The notes: generated from the letters alone by a model not told the origin. A DNA stretch of 64,000 nucleotides from Vicugna vicugna (GCA_013265495.1 MU058452.1:1-64000), one strand, 5' to 3'. Shown: positions 25,450-39,921, counted from the stretch's first letter. Translations and numbers: made by a program.

Positions 25450-26010
25450 TTATCTATAAAAAACATGTCAGGCAGTGTCACTCTCCTTGCACTGAAGCTT
25501 CCTCTGCGTTTCTTTAGGACTTAGATCTTTGAGCAAAAATCATATTCTTATGACAACTCCAGGGCTTTGCACCATGTGGCCCTCTTACCCTCACCAGCCT
25601 CACCTCTTACTACTTCCTTTCAGCTCCTCTGATTCTCTTTTCAGAACCTTGAATTCACTCTAACATTCTTTCCTACAGAAGGACCCCAGGTGGACATCCC
25701 AAGCTAGATCCCCATATCCCCAACTAGGTCCAGCCTCCCTGACACCCCACACTAGGTAGGGGCCCCTTGACATCTTGTATTTGGTCGTGGGCGTCTGACA
25801 TCCCACACCAGATCGGGGGCCCCTGACTTGTGTTTGCAGAGCCCCCTGCATACATTCTCGTTCACGGGACTCATCTCAGTTGTAAGCACCTTCATTCTCT
25901 ATCTGACTGAGTGGTATTTGATTCAGGTAGATCTTTCCCCCCAGACTCCCATCTCCGTCAGTGCAGGGGCACACAGTACTCCAGAACCCACAGAGCACCT
26001 GACACAGAAC
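25450..26010 (+). mobile_element. L2 fragment (preceded by a MIR remnant at about 25240-25440)
   Basis: tgtcactctcct...ccagggctttgcaccatgtggccct...ccagcctcacctct. Confidence 0.55.
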
Positions 26011-29000
26011 GCTTCTGAGCGAGAGAAGGAAGAAACCGAGCTGATGTAGGTGAAAACCAGTTTGAATCTGCAAAGCATCAATTACACATAAATCATGAAC
26101 TTTCTCTTGTGGGCCTGTTAATTACAGATGCAAAAGTATAGTCATTTTGAAAACCTCCTTGCAGGTAGAGATTGACCCAGAGGCCACTTAGAAGATTCAG
26201 TATGTTAAGGAATTGCAGCGCATTTCTCCATGATTTTGGAATTTGATTGTCACGTTGAACGTGAGCATCTTGGTGTTCTTTTTATTACCAAGGAAATTCA
26301 TCAACACAAGTGCTAGAAATGAAAGATCTATTAATGAAAATGAAACTCAGCTAATATGTTTATTTGCTATCAAAAAGTCACCTTTTTTATTTTGAAGCCT
26401 AATGCGTTTTTCCAACTCTGTATGTAACATTTAAAAATAATATTCATTTGCATTTTACATCTCAATAGCAGTTAACATCTGAAGGATTAGAGAGGAATTG
26501 TTTTAGCTGATAAGTACTGAATTAAACTTGGAGCAACATTTTTTTTTTTATCTGATGACCTTCATCCTGGTGAGTCTGTCTAGGTTTTAAAGCAAATGAA
26601 ATTGTCAAAGTAAACAGAGAGAGGTAAGAAGATACAGCTTTTTATCTCTGTAATAATTTTTGGATTTTCAAGACTTATTGAAAATTTGTTTGGTATAAAT
26701 CCATTTAAAACTCAGTCTTAACTTTTTCTTTAAAAATGAATTTTCAGCATACCATATAATTCTAAAGGAGAATGAGATTTGTTTAAATTTATGGATGAAA
26801 GTTGATTTATTAAACTGAAGCTTTCCCATCGAAGTTTTTTATTATAAGGGTATCATGCTGGACAAGTGAGTTAAAATAACCTTTTCCAACAACTCAATAC
26901 ATGCATATGAAGTTGTTTGTTAGCATAGCATGACCATGAAAGATAAAACGAAGCATTCTGAGCTCGAAGTGTGAGATGTTACTCTTCGAGAAATAACAGC
27001 TCATGTTTACAGGCTACTTTAAAGGAAAGCCATGAGTTTTATAGCGATGATTTTTTTTTTTTGCCTTAATAGGTGGTCAGTTTGTGCAACAAGTGAAATA
27101 GCACAATTTCAGAGGTAAACAGAGAAGATAAAAAAGAGGGTGTCCATGTATTTTTTTCCCTTCTGTAAAGTTCAGATCATGCATCATCTCTAATGAGCTT
27201 GATAAAGCACGGCGAGGCAAATGTGCCGTAATTTATCATGTTTCCCATTTCAGAAGTGACAGGCAACCTACGGGGAAAAAGTCTGTATTTGGTAACAATT
27301 AAAAAAAAAAAAAGGAGGTGAGATAATCACATATAAAATAAAATCACCATGAAACCAAAAGGAACCCTTACAATCCATACCAAATATAGAAAATTGTCTT
27401 GCTATACAGGGAATTAGTTTGGCTAATGCTGTACTGAAGTGTCCCATTAGCACCTGAAGTCAAAATATTTGATTTTTATATTTAATCCAAATGTAAGAGA
27501 AAAATTATTCTTTAGAAATCTTTTCAAATTTTGAAGAATACTGGGCTCGTAATGTGAGAAATTGGACTAATGTTTGCAGGTGTTCGAAAGGTACCATTGA
27601 CTTTCATGCTATCCTGTTAAACAATATGACATAAAATATTGAAGAGTCTAACTGAAATCCATTCTGTAAAGAACCAATATTACTTACATTAATTTTCTGA
27701 GGATGTTCACTTATGTCTAGCAATGGTTCAACAAAGCATCATTTCTAAATACGCCTCTCTTGTTGCTTCAACCATTCCCTTGGGAAATTGATTATATTTA
27801 CTTATAATGTGGACCTGAGCATCTTAGACCTCACACAGAGAGAAGAGTTGGGAACCAACTGAATGTATGGAGCGAAATCACATCTCTAACCCCTGAAGTC
27901 ATTCTGCCTTATCTGCCATTAAGTGAGGGAGGATGGGACACAGTTTGATCATGGTAAGGAAAACAAAGCTACTGTCAAAAAGAAATGCTAATTTTTACAG
28001 TCTCAAAGCTGTAAATCCACATCTGGTTACAAACTATGCCACTTTTTATAATGGCTAAAGACAATTGGTCTTTATTAAGAATTTTAAGGACCACGTTTCT
28101 TTAAAGTTATTATTCACACGGTAATGTACAAATAACAGGGATGCTATTCAGGGATAGTAGCTTTTTTGTGTGTTTGGAATATAAGAGGTTTATTTACACA
28201 AAGATTTAAAATATGGGACCACATTTGGTTCTAATTAATTGCAATGAATGAAGACCCTGAATCTTCACACTGAGGTCAAGAGCTTCAGGGTTAAAACAGA
28301 GACTGTTCTCTCTAGCTTTCTCTGCACATTGAAACACATTATATTTGGTAGATTTCGGGGGGAAAAAGTCCTGTGGGAATTATAGTAATTGATTTTATAT
28401 GGTATGAATGGATGCATACTTGCAGAGCAAATTCCACCATTATGTCCTTACCATTGGCCTTTTGTTTAATGGCATTCCGGTGGTAAACAGCCCAGTCGAC
28501 TTGCCATTGAAGAATTAATATGCCAAGGCATATTTCAAAGAACTTTGTTTCTTTTGATAATCAGGAAGAGCTTAGCTTCTAACTCTGACTTTGAGATTTT
28601 TTTTTAAAAACAGGAGAGAAAATAATGAATACAATTATTAAAACATATCTGGCCAACTCCAACGTATTCTCTGTAATGAAATAACCAATTGAGTTTTCCT
28701 CTCACGAGTTTATTCATCTGTGTTATTGCTCGAAGTACTGTTACTTTAAGGATGCATGACTTTGTTTTCTCCCCCTTGCTCTCTTAAATAGAAGGTGAAC
28801 GTCCGTCCGTAGCTGCCCCCTTTCCTGCCTCTCCTGTTTCTTTAGGACCAGTGCAGGGGATGAAGTGGAAACACTTCTTAGAACATGGGCTCATTTTTGA
28901 GAATGACAGATTTTTACCCAAGTGATATGCTATCCTAATATCAGGGTCTGGGGACATTTTCCATCACTACAAAACCGTTGTCTGTTCTCTAAGTTTTTCA

Positions 29001-29486
29001 AGACTCAATTCAAAGGAAGATGTTTGGGGAACTACAGTTCATAAGTTTGAATACACTATATTTTGGGGCATTTCTCCTTTCCTTCTAATCCTTTTTTTTT
29101 TTCTGCCCAGAGACTGTTATGTTTTTTCTTTTAGGCAAGGAAACTTCTACATTTCAACCCATGGTTCATACTTGGATTCTCAAATCTTTCTTCTAATGTC
29201 CTAAATAATTACTTGTATTTATTGATATAAGCACTTATTTTGTATCCCTTCTTACTTATTCTTCAGTAAACAACATATGATGGTTTCATTCTTCTCCTTC
29301 TTAAAAAAAAAAAACACAATGATTTCCATCATTACTTTTTCTTAACTTTACCTTTCTTCTCAAAGTCTTCTAAAACACGTGGCACTGTGCAATGGTTTTT
29401 GATATGTGCACCTCTCGGTCCTCACAACACTTGAACTACAGTCTGAGTTTTCACTCGATTAAATAATATTAGGTTTAGAATTAATT

Positions 29487-29716
29487 TTTTAAAATATATT
29501 TTCAGTTTTTTTTCTTTCTTTTATTGAAGTATAGTCAGTTACAATGTGTCAATTTCTGGTGTACAGCACAATATCCCAGTCATACATATACATACATATA
29601 TTCGTTTTCAGATTCTTTACTTCATTATAGGTTACTACAAGGTACTGAATATAGCCCCCTGTGTTGTACAGAAGAAATTTGTTGTTTATTTTATATATAG
29701 TAGTCAGTATTTGCAA
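29487..29716 (-). mobile_element. LINE-1 3' UTR fragment (cetartiodactyl/camelid type)
   Basis: ttattgaagtatagtcagttacaatgtgtcaatttctggtgtacagca...; degenerate TSD ttagaattaatt / ttagcattaatt. Confidence 0.9.
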
Positions 29717-32700
29717 GATTAGCATTAATTATAACAAACATGGTAGAGTTTAACATCCAATGACAACAAATCCACTGGGGTACACTCCCTGGATCTCCCT
29801 GAGAGCTCCCCTGGAAACAGTAGGCTGAAGGGGGGTCAGTGTTTTATAAACGTCTTTGTTGACGGGGTTGGATTGACACGGCTCACAGGTTCTCCACAAT
29901 TTTAATAAAGACAAATCGGTACTCTTTTCGGGAGTGGGAGGGAGGGCTGGGGAGGTATACTTGACAATGGTGCAATCCACTAGTTAAAGATGTGGTTATC
30001 TGGTCTTTCCCTGTTTAATCATGGGCACTACGCCTTCCTTGAGTGTTTTCAGTCTTTTGTTTTTGGGTAATGCTTTCCCAGCCAGATCTGCCAAAGGGTT
30101 ATTGTCAACCAGCCAGAGAAAGCTTGTGTCCCAGTAAGGATGTCACTGGTGAGGAGGGCTTGGCTGCAGCTCTGTGGCTGCCCTGTTAACTCCATCACTC
30201 TCTGAGGTGCTGTGTGCATGGGATGGATGTATGGTCCAGTGGTGGCCAGAGGGCAAGTTTCTTAAACTGAAAGTCAGGGGCCTTTGGGCTGAGACCGACA
30301 TCAACTGGGATGTAGTTGGAAAGGAGCCTGTACGTCGGTACGGCTTAAGTGCGCTAATCTCTGAATTGTTCTTAAATGACGCCTTCAAGGTTTCCTGCCT
30401 CCGCTCCTGTAGGAAAAAGTTGCAAGCAAATCATCATGGTTTGGTCTGTAAAGTCACATACAAGAAGAAAAGGGAGCTTGTGACCAAGCTCTAGTTCTGG
30501 CTTTAGGATTTGGGCATTTGCCAAGGATTTGAGTGTCTACTCATTCAGGCAACGAAACTAATAATCTAGCAAAGTGTCTCCGTTGTTCGTGAAAGCAACT
30601 GATCTGGCTGTGATGTTCTGTCAAGCAAGGGCCATTCGCAGGCCAGACAATTCACATCTTTTAAATGAGCTTGGGAAAGAATGAAGGCCAGTCGAGGTGG
30701 TGTAAAATTGTTTTTTTTAATATTTTAAAATTTCCTTTTGTATTAAAAAAAATATGTTGCAGCTGAGTTTATTTAGTGTTTCTAGATGAAACTCAGGAAA
30801 ACTAAATGTCTTGACTCTCCTGGGTAGAACTGTGGGAGTGATGGTCAAGTAACTTCGTTCAAGTTGTGCTTATGAGAGGCGTCTATTTCAATCAGGGCAT
30901 AAAATTCTGCGAACGCCTTGCTCTTCCTTGCTCCCGCTGCTGCTTGTTCGTCTACCCAGATGGGTATCAGAAAGCGGGATTCAGGTTTGGGCCTGCTGAG
31001 CGACGGGGATATTTGGTCTACCTATTTAAAACAACGGGATTTTTGCTGTTCGAATGTCGGAAACCTAATTACACCCTGGTAAATTCTCTTCAGTCTACCA
31101 AACACAGAAAAAAACAGTGACAGAATCTGAAAGGCCAGAAGAGAGAAAAGAGTTCCTAAGACCTAATGAATCCAAACTAAACACCTCTCCACAGAAATGT
31201 CAAACATTTCTCTTAGCACAAAACAAGGCTTAGAGAATTCCCTGCTTTTGTCTCTGGCCTAATTCCTTAAGCAGAGAGGGGGATTTTTCCTCTGGGAGTG
31301 TTATTTCACAAAGAATGAAACAGCAAATAAACAAAAGACTCTCAAAGAGAGAGACAGTATAAATAAAATTCATGACTCTTTAAAGAGTTTACACTGAAAG
31401 AATGTGGAGGATTATTTACAATTAAAGCACAGCTTCCAGAATACAGTTATATATCTAAAACAAAGAATAAGAGTTCATTTCATTTTGTTCACCAGAAAAT
31501 GCACCTGGAGTTTGAAAAAAAATTATGATCCTTTATTTTCTCAAGATCTTTTAACTGTTGTTTTTTGTGATATTTATGCTTAAACCTTTTTGCACCATTA
31601 AGGGAGCATTTTCTTATTCATCGATACCTTATTTTCTTCTAAAGCTGCAGGTGCTTTGTATACTATTCGATTAAAAAAAAAATAAGTAAATCAGCCTGAA
31701 AGGTAAAGTTTCGAGGAAAAGTTTTGTTGTGGATGTGGTTAAGAGGAATTTTCTACATGTAACCAACATCTTCAAAATGTACTTTTGGCGGTAAAGATAT
31801 TCTTTCGGCCGAACAAAAGAAAAGTTGTAAGCTATTAAGGGAAAAAGTTTGAATTAACAGCAAAGCAGGAGGAAGAACAGGTTTAGAATGATGTAGCAAA
31901 TCATATGGTAATACAATAGGGTAGTTAATAACAGAAATGAGGTTAGAGAAGGGGTAACATGAATATGAAAGAAATGCACAAGTTCGGTGCGAATGTATTA
32001 GGCAGACAGAAATAAGTAAGAAGCAAAGGTTAAAGAAACCACTTGATTATAAATGATAGAGCAATTAGCCCTCTTTTCAAGTGTGTGTATGTGTGTTTAC
32101 TAGGCATTTGAATTCTACTTTTGAGTGTGACTTCAGAAAAAAATGTCGATAATAAAGTTCAAAGCTATGGTACAGGGGCCATGCAGACAAATGGAGTTTA
32201 AAGGTAGAGTCCCAGAAAAGTGTTGGTCTTCTGGAAGGCTTAAGTCACGGGCCTGGGAGATGGGGCGAGGATTTAGGCACTCACAGAGTTTACAGCAAAG
32301 TTTAGATTGAGTCTTATCCTGACGTGCCTGTCTCAGTGAAATATCTGAAGCATTTGGCCCCACGAGATTAAAAGGACAGGGCTTATATTTAGCATCGCCT
32401 GCCCCCAACTCCAACTTTGCTACTAATAAAATTCAGCTCTATGGAAAAGAATTTGAATTCCAGCTGGGCAGTTTTCAAAATAAGATGAAAAGTTAAGCAG
32501 GCAATTGGTGTGTATTTAGGGCTCAAAACACCTTGCCCCCTAGAAGACTTGAAGGAGTTAATCCCTTCTCAAGATAATCCACTAAAGAACATCCTTCATT
32601 ATGATGTTAAAAGCAAGGATCAGTGCCGCGGAGCCTAACAATAGGACAGGGGGCTTTTCAGTCCTGACCACATTCTTCCCAGGTTAGAAACAGAAACTGC

Positions 32701-33315
32701 TGTGATTCCAAGCTGAAAAATAGAGCAAGACTTTTCTCTTATGTTAAATATTCAGATGGAAGGAAGGGAAAAAAAAAATTTACCACATTTAACTAAATTC
32801 TTCGTTGGATAGTTTTTTTTGGAGAAGAATCTTTCTGATTTTTTTTTTAATGATTATATAGTCAGAGAGGAATAGCTGGACAACTCAACAGTGACACAGT
32901 TTGGAAGCACTTTTGATTTCACGCAAAAGTGAATTTTTGATTTAATTGTACTAAATCACCCCCCCCACACACACATACAGCCCCACCCCCCGCCATAATA
33001 TATTCAATGAACACGAAACTCATTCTAAACTTTTTACCGATGTTCCATGCTTAAGTTGTTATTTGGTAAAAGTTTGATCCTGTGAGGTATTTTAAATTTG
33101 TGGTCGTATTTTATTTCCCTAAGGTTCTTAATCATTTTCCATAAGTAAGAAGACAAAGTATTTAGTTTATAAGCAAATGGATTAAAAAAATCCTGATTTA
33201 AAATCTTGGTTTTCCTTGAATATGTTTTGTAGTATTTGTAATACAGTTGACTGTTTCTTATTGCTTTCAAAATGTTGTGTAAGAAGGTAGTTTTGAAAAT
33301 AAAAATGAAGATTCC

Positions 33316-33609
33316 AAGTTTACAGTTACCAGAGGGGAAAGGTGGTGGGAAGGGATAAATTGGAAGTTCAAGATTTGCAGATACTAACTACTATGTATAA
33401 GATAGGTAAACAAGAAGTTTATACTGCAGAGCACAGGGAACTATATTCAATGTCTTATAGTAACCTATAATGAAAAAGAATATGAAAAGGAATACATGTA
33501 CGTACAGGTATGACTGAAGCATTATGCTGTACACCAGAAATTAACACAACATTGTACACTGACTGTACTTCAATAAAAAAAGATGAATAAAAAATAAAAA
33601 TAAATAAAA
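33316..33609 (+). mobile_element. LINE-1 3' UTR fragment with polyA
   Basis: gttaccagaggggaaagg...agcacagggaactatattcaa...cttcaataaaaaa; TSD core aagattcc at 33308-33315 and 33610-33617. Confidence 0.92.
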
Positions 33610-34469
33610 AAGATTCCTATAAAAAATCTTTACCATAAGCACATATCTTAGGTGAATGAGGATGGTAAAGGCTGTCCATTCTGAGCCACAGGAAATGTTT
33701 TATTCTCCTTTCTCCCTTCTTATTAAAAATGTAAGGACATTTTTTGAAAGGCATATTTGTTTTTAAGGAACGTCATCCTTAGCAAGATTGAAACTAGAGA
33801 GGGAAAGGTGTTTTCCAAAGTACGTTTCGAGTGGAATCAACTGCAATTCATGAATGTGGGTGGGTTTGTATGCTTGGCCTCACACAAGGCAAATAAATCT
33901 CTTTTGTGCTCCTGTGGTGTCCCAGGCACCTGGGCTGGGAAGACCCCCAAGCTGGGTTGCAGCCTTCCAGTCGCTGAAGGTGAACGAGGGCAGTTCTGGG
34001 GCCACGGCTGGGCGAGCAATGGGGCGATAGTAAATCACTGGGACCAGAAGGGTTTTTGAGAAAAGAAAGAGAGGCAAAGATGGCTGTGATTTGGATCTGG
34101 ATGGGCAGAAAGAGCCATCTGGAAACACTGAGAAGACAAAGAATTTGAAGATGAGAAAGCATATATAATACATAAATAGAAGTCCTTGAAACATGGTCAA
34201 AGTCCTAATATTATACAGGGGACTAGCAGAAGCTAGTATTTGAAATAGAATTCTATTCATGTTTTACTTCCCTGAGAAGCATCATGGAAATGGAAGAAAC
34301 TTCAAAGGGCAGAATTTCAGTCCTTGTCAACGATCTGACTTGCTTCTGTTTCTTTAAGTATATTCTCTGACAATGATTACACCTGAACTGTCGGTTAATA
34401 GGAAGATTGTCAGAGACAGCACATCAAAACCCACGCTAGTGAAATACATTGGTGGTGAAGAACAGAGGC

Positions 34470-34650
34470 CTGAAACTTGGCAGAACCTTAATGTATTCAT
34501 GTGAGTTTGGGCAAGGGCCCTTGTCTTCCTAAACCAAAGTCTGTTCGTCTGTGATGGGTGAGTGGTACCAACTCACAGCATTACTGGGAAGATAAAAGAA
34601 TATGATCTGTAAATGACCCAGTGCCTGACCTGTGATAAGCCCTCAGTTAA
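34470..34650 (+). mobile_element. MIR SINE
   Basis: tgtgagtttgggcaag...tcgtctgtgatggg...tgtaaatgacccagtgcctgac. Confidence 0.6.
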
Positions 34651-34861
34651 GTATAGACAAAAAGACAAAAATATATACATCTATTGCCAAATAGACATAC
34701 GGACAATACATAAGAAATTCTAGACTCTCTTCCTTGTAAATATATGCCTTCCTCTTTTTTTTTAAACTGTCACTTGCCAAAAGCTTTTAGTCATTTTTAT
34801 TTCTTGCTTATCACCAAGGCTTTCACTTTTTTTTTAACATAGAGTCCCATAATAACCTTTT

Positions 34862-35221
34862 TCTCCCCCACTCCTGTATTACCCCTCCCGCATTCCCTCA
34901 CGCCACTGGTAACCACTAGTTTGTTCTCTATCTCTGTGAATCTGCTTCTTTTTTTGTTTCATCCACTAGTTGGTTGTAGTTTTTTAGATTCCACATCTAA
35001 GTGATATCATGCAGTATTTGTCTTTCGCTGTCTGACTTATTTCATTTAGCGTAATGACCTCCAAGTCCATCCCTGTTGGTACAAGTGACAAAATTTCATT
35101 CTTTTTAATGGCTGAGTAGTATTCTATTCTATCCTATATATGTGTGTGTGTGTGTGTGTGTATCTATATCTCACGTCCTCATTATCTGTTCATCTGTTGT
35201 TGGACACGTAGGTTACTTCCA
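34862..35221 (-). mobile_element. LINE-1 ORF2 end/3' UTR fragment with internal (TG)n
   Basis: ctggtaaccactagtttgttctctatctctgtga...tagattccacat...gtctgacttatttcatttagc...atggctgagtagtattc. Confidence 0.9.
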
Positions 35222-37287
35222 AAGGAACTTAATGCGTATAAGGTCAATCAAGGGATACACTTATTACTCAAAATTTTGATCTTGTAGCCAAAGTATTTTT
35301 CTTAGCCCATATACCTGTAGCTGAATCTTACTAAAAAGATTTAAAAAGTAAATTAATTAATATGAATGCATTATCTCTTCATCATATATTTATTGAGCTG
35401 GTGTTTATCATGAAAAATGAAGCAGGATTTATATGACTTGCTTTTTATCTGTTGCTATCTTATTTAATCTTCACAACATTCATGTAAAACATTAGTCCCA
35501 GGTTTAATTATAAAAGATGAAAAAACAGATTAACAATGTATCCCAGGGTAAACAGCTGGTGAGTAAGTAGCAAAACTGAACTGAAATCTCAAGCCTCCTG
35601 CTCTGGATGGCTTCTCCATGAAGCACTGAGAAGGCACTGAGGTCTTTTTGTACTTGGTTCTCCCAAGGCCTGACCTCCAGGAGGTCCTAGGAGATACTTG
35701 TGGGCTTGGACCCTCTGCTAACCTTAGCTTCTTTATCAGTGGAGATTCCTGGCTTCCCTTACCATTCTACTTGACTGACTCTACACATCCTGTACACTTC
35801 CTACTTACTGACTACTTCACTGTCTGCAGAAAGGCTATCCTGGCAGAGCATGGAATTCTGCTCGGGGCCTAAACATCCTGTATGTGCACATGGCACAGGA
35901 CAAAATGTCCTATAAGTGAATGACGTAGACTTCTGCCTTGGGGCCAACGTGTGGGCTGGGTTGGAAGAGTGCCTTGACATTGGTAGGAAAACTGTGTTCC
36001 CTGGCAAGCGGGCCAAAGATGGAATCTGAGTATTTCTCACCTTCCTAGAGCACCATGCATTAGATGAAAGTTCAATAACTACTAATTGAATTGAATTCGT
36101 TTGACAAAAAAAAAAGAAAGAAAGAAAGAAAAAAGTATGGCTGAAGAAATTTTCTTGGGTTAAGAAGTGATCTTGAATTCACAGCTTAATCAATAATGGT
36201 TTGCAGCTTCATTATTCCCCAGCTCTGAGTTGGTGCTGCTGGCTGCTTAGTTAGTTTTAAACATTTGCTAGGTACATAAATACTTTTCTCTTTAATGAGA
36301 ATGAAGCTGGGCAGTCTGTGCTTTATCATTAAATTCCATTTAATTCACAAATGTTTCAGTTTCTGGTTAACCCTTTTAAAAAGTCATTAAGGTATTGCTT
36401 TTTTTTTCCCCCTATCTTCTAAAAATCAGGGATCAGACAATGGGAAGAAGCTCTTATTGGCCAGAAGACAGAACACGTTTCCATTAGTTGAACCAATAAT
36501 TCAAGCTGCAGATTATCACGATTAAAGGCCAATTTGGGGGAAGATGATAGCCCTGGGTTCTATCTGCTACCTGACCCCAGATTATGGCCTTATATGGGTG
36601 AGCTTTCAGCTGCAGGAACACAAAATCATTGGTGAAACAGGAAAAATATTGTGCAGATATGCAAAAGATATTGACAATCATCAGAAAATTTACCACTTAA
36701 TGTCTCTTGTTATCAATCCCCCTTCCTTGTGATTACATATTTGGATGCATATATTTTAAATACATTTATGAAAAAGATTGATAGAAATATTTTTCAAATA
36801 AGTGCTATTTATACCAATAATGGAACATTTATAGTCCATAATTACTATTGCTCACATCTATATTGTGAGGCAAAGGAAAGTGGAAATGAAGTAGAAGCCA
36901 TATTTTAATAGATGGGGTTTGTTCCTAAAAAAAAATAACATGGTTAGTTAAAGTATGTACACACCAGCTGTCTACCAATTAAGACGTTTTAAATTCGATT
37001 ATATATTAAATTATGAAAGCCACAGGGGGAAGTTCGAGGATTATTTTTAACATCTAAGAAATTTAAATGTTTGTTGATAATTATAGAAATGTCCAAATCA
37101 GATTAATTTTTATAACTAAGAAAATTAAATAATTAAAAACTGAGCGTTATTAAAAAACTGTTTTTTTTCAGAACTTTGCACAGCTGGAGAAAATATTTCC
37201 TGTCGTGTCTAGAAATAATTTTCCTCTGTAAATACACTTTACCAGCATATCTCAGATTATTTTAACACCCTCAACCAACAGACCCAC

Positions 37288-37850
37288 TGTGACAGGCAAA
37301 CTATAAGACAACCCCTAATGATTCTTGCCTGCTGGAATTCACACTCTTAAATAATCCCTTCCTTGAGTGTGGGTTGGTGACTTACTTCTAACCGGTAAGA
37401 ATACAGCAAAAGTGATGAGCTATCACTTCCATGGTTACATTACATGAGATTAGAACCTTTGTCTTGCAAAGTAACTCTCTTCCTTGATGGCTTTGACAGA
37501 GCAAGGTGCCATGTTGGAGAGACCTATGTGGTAAATTGCTGAGGGCAGCCTCTGGCCACTAGCCAGGAAGGAAATAAGTCTCTCAGGCCAATAACCCAAA
37601 AGAAACAGAATGATGCTGACTGGCAACCAGATAGGTGAGCCTGGAAGTAACTCCTTCCCCGGCTGAACCCTCAGATGAGATCCCACTCTAGCGAGCATCT
37701 TGACTGCACCTTTGAAAGAGATTCAGAAGCAGAGGGCTCAGCTGTGATGTTTCTTGATTCCTAATCCACAGTCAGTGAGATGATAAATATGTATTGTTTA
37801 AGATGCTAAATTTGTGGTAGTTTTTTCTGCAGGAGTAGATAACTAATGCG
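37288..37850 (+). mobile_element. MLT1F-like MaLR solo LTR, about full length
   Basis: Begins tgtgacag; contains ccttgagtgtggg...gacttacttctaacc; ends ctaaatttgtggta...tagataactaatgc. Confidence 0.85.
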
Positions 37851-38375
37851 GACACACACACCCACATACACAAATGCATACTATTTGGTTTTCACTCTGA
37901 GAAGAGCACCATGTGTAAGCCCACACATATGGCTTTTCAAACAGCCCTGCTACTTTCCTTTCTTCCATGATCCAAGTTCTTTTCAGGTCTTTACTCCAAG
38001 TATGTGAGGAGGAGTCAGTGTTGTCATGCAATATGGACATTATTGCATATTTATATCTCTTGATCTAAAAGTAATTCTAGAATTTAATTTAAGGAAATAA
38101 TCTCATAAGACAAGGGAATATCCTTTGCAATGTTGTTTGTCATTGTAAAACTGGAAATAGACTGAATGCCACTCTCTTAAAAGAGTAATTCCATAATGCT
38201 TGTATCCTTGTATAATAAATATAGAAAGAGCCACTAAAGAAAAGAAAATAAATCTTTACATATGGAAAGATATTTGATATCTATTATTGATTTCTTAAGA
38301 ATTTTTAAAACTTGTTAAAAACAATTTAAAAACTGCTCTTATCCCATATTATATATGTCTAGGGTTAAAAAAAAA

Positions 38376-39183
38376 CTTTCTTCACCTTTATCAATATATA
38401 ATTGACATATAATATGTTTAAGTTGTACAATATGTTGATTTGATACATTTATATATTGCAAAATTGATTGCCACCATGATGCTAGCTAACACCAGCACCA
38501 CATCACATAATTAGCATAGTCCTTTCTGGCCGTATCCACAGGGGACTGGTTCCAGGACCTCCCTCAAATACCAAAATCTGAGGATGCTCAAGTCCCTTAT
38601 ACAAAATGGTGTATATTTGCATATAGCCCAGCATCCGCTCCTGTATACTTTAAATTGTCTCTAGATTACTTATAATACCTAATGCAATGTAAATGCTATG
38701 TAAATACTTGTAGGTGTGCAGCAAATTCAAGTTTTGCTTTTTGGAACTTTCTGGATTTTTAAAAATACTTTTAATCTGCTGTTGGTTGAATCTGCAGATG
38801 CAGAGCATGCAGATTTTTTGTGGTGAGAACATTTAAGATCTACTCTGTTAGCAACTTTCAGGTGTATAATACAGTATTATTAACTACTAACCACTGTTCT
38901 GTACAGCAGATTCCCAAAACTTATTCATCTTATAGCTAGACATTTGCACTATTTGACCAACATCCCCCTCTTTCTAAACCCCCAAGCCCCTGGCAACCAT
39001 CACTATTTTAGTCTCTGTTATTATGAATTCAGCTTTCTTAGATTTTACATATGAGTGGCATCATATAGTAGCTGTCTTTTTCCATCTGACTTAGTTCACT
39101 TAGCATAATGTCCTCAAGATTCATCCACATTGTTGTCAAAAATGGCAACATTTCCTTCTTTCTCATGGCTGAATAATATTCCA

Positions 39184-39228
<45 letters not shown>

Positions 39229-39600
39229 TATCAATCACATCTTCTTTATCCATTCATCCATTGATGGACACTTAGGTTGTTTCCGTATCTTAGCTATTGT
39301 GAATAAGGCTGCAATGAACACGGTGCATCTCTTTGAGTTCTTGTTTTCATTTAATTTGGATACATACTCAACAGTTGGATTGCTGAATCATAGGATACTT
39401 CCATTTTTAATTTTTTGAGGAGACTCTATGCTGATTTCCATGTTAGTTTAACCATTTACATTCCCACTAACACTCTATAAGGGTTCCCTTTTCCCCACAT
39501 CATTGCTGACATTTGTCACCTGTTGTCTTTTTGATGACAGCCAATTCTGAAGTGTGCAAGGCAATGTCTTGTTGTTTTGAGTTGTATTTCTCTGATAATT
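38376..39600 (-). mobile_element. L1MA9-like LINE-1 3' portion, interrupted by a MER2-family element; (TG)n at 39184-39227
   Basis: 3' UTR gtggtgagaacatttaagatctactct...; ORF 39038-39253 has EYYSAMRKKEMLPF...WMNLEDIMLSE (ORF2 C-terminus). Confidence 0.9.
38517..38814 (+). mobile_element. MER2-family Tigger MITE nested in L1
   Basis: gtatccacaggggactggttccaggacc...ataccaaaatctgaggatgctcaagtcccttata...gttggttgaatctgcagatgcag. Confidence 0.88.
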
Positions 39601-39921
39601 GGTATCTCAGGCTCTAAGACACATTGTTCGAAAAAGTCTGACACACACACGTGCACACACATTCACATTTGATTTTCTAGAAGTTACCTGTAACCTGCGC
39701 CAACTTAAGGTTTATTCAGGGCCCTTGGTTTCCTATTTGGCAGAAACAAATATATGTATTGTCAACACAGTAGTATGTTCTCTCCTTTATGAAGTTGAAA
39801 GACACATGAAACAAAAATGATTCGAAATTTCATCATAAAGTATCTACCAGAACAAGGTTCATCTTGCTTTTCTCTGAAAGGGACTAGTGTGATTTATCTC
39901 ATGATCTAGCTGAGACTGCCT

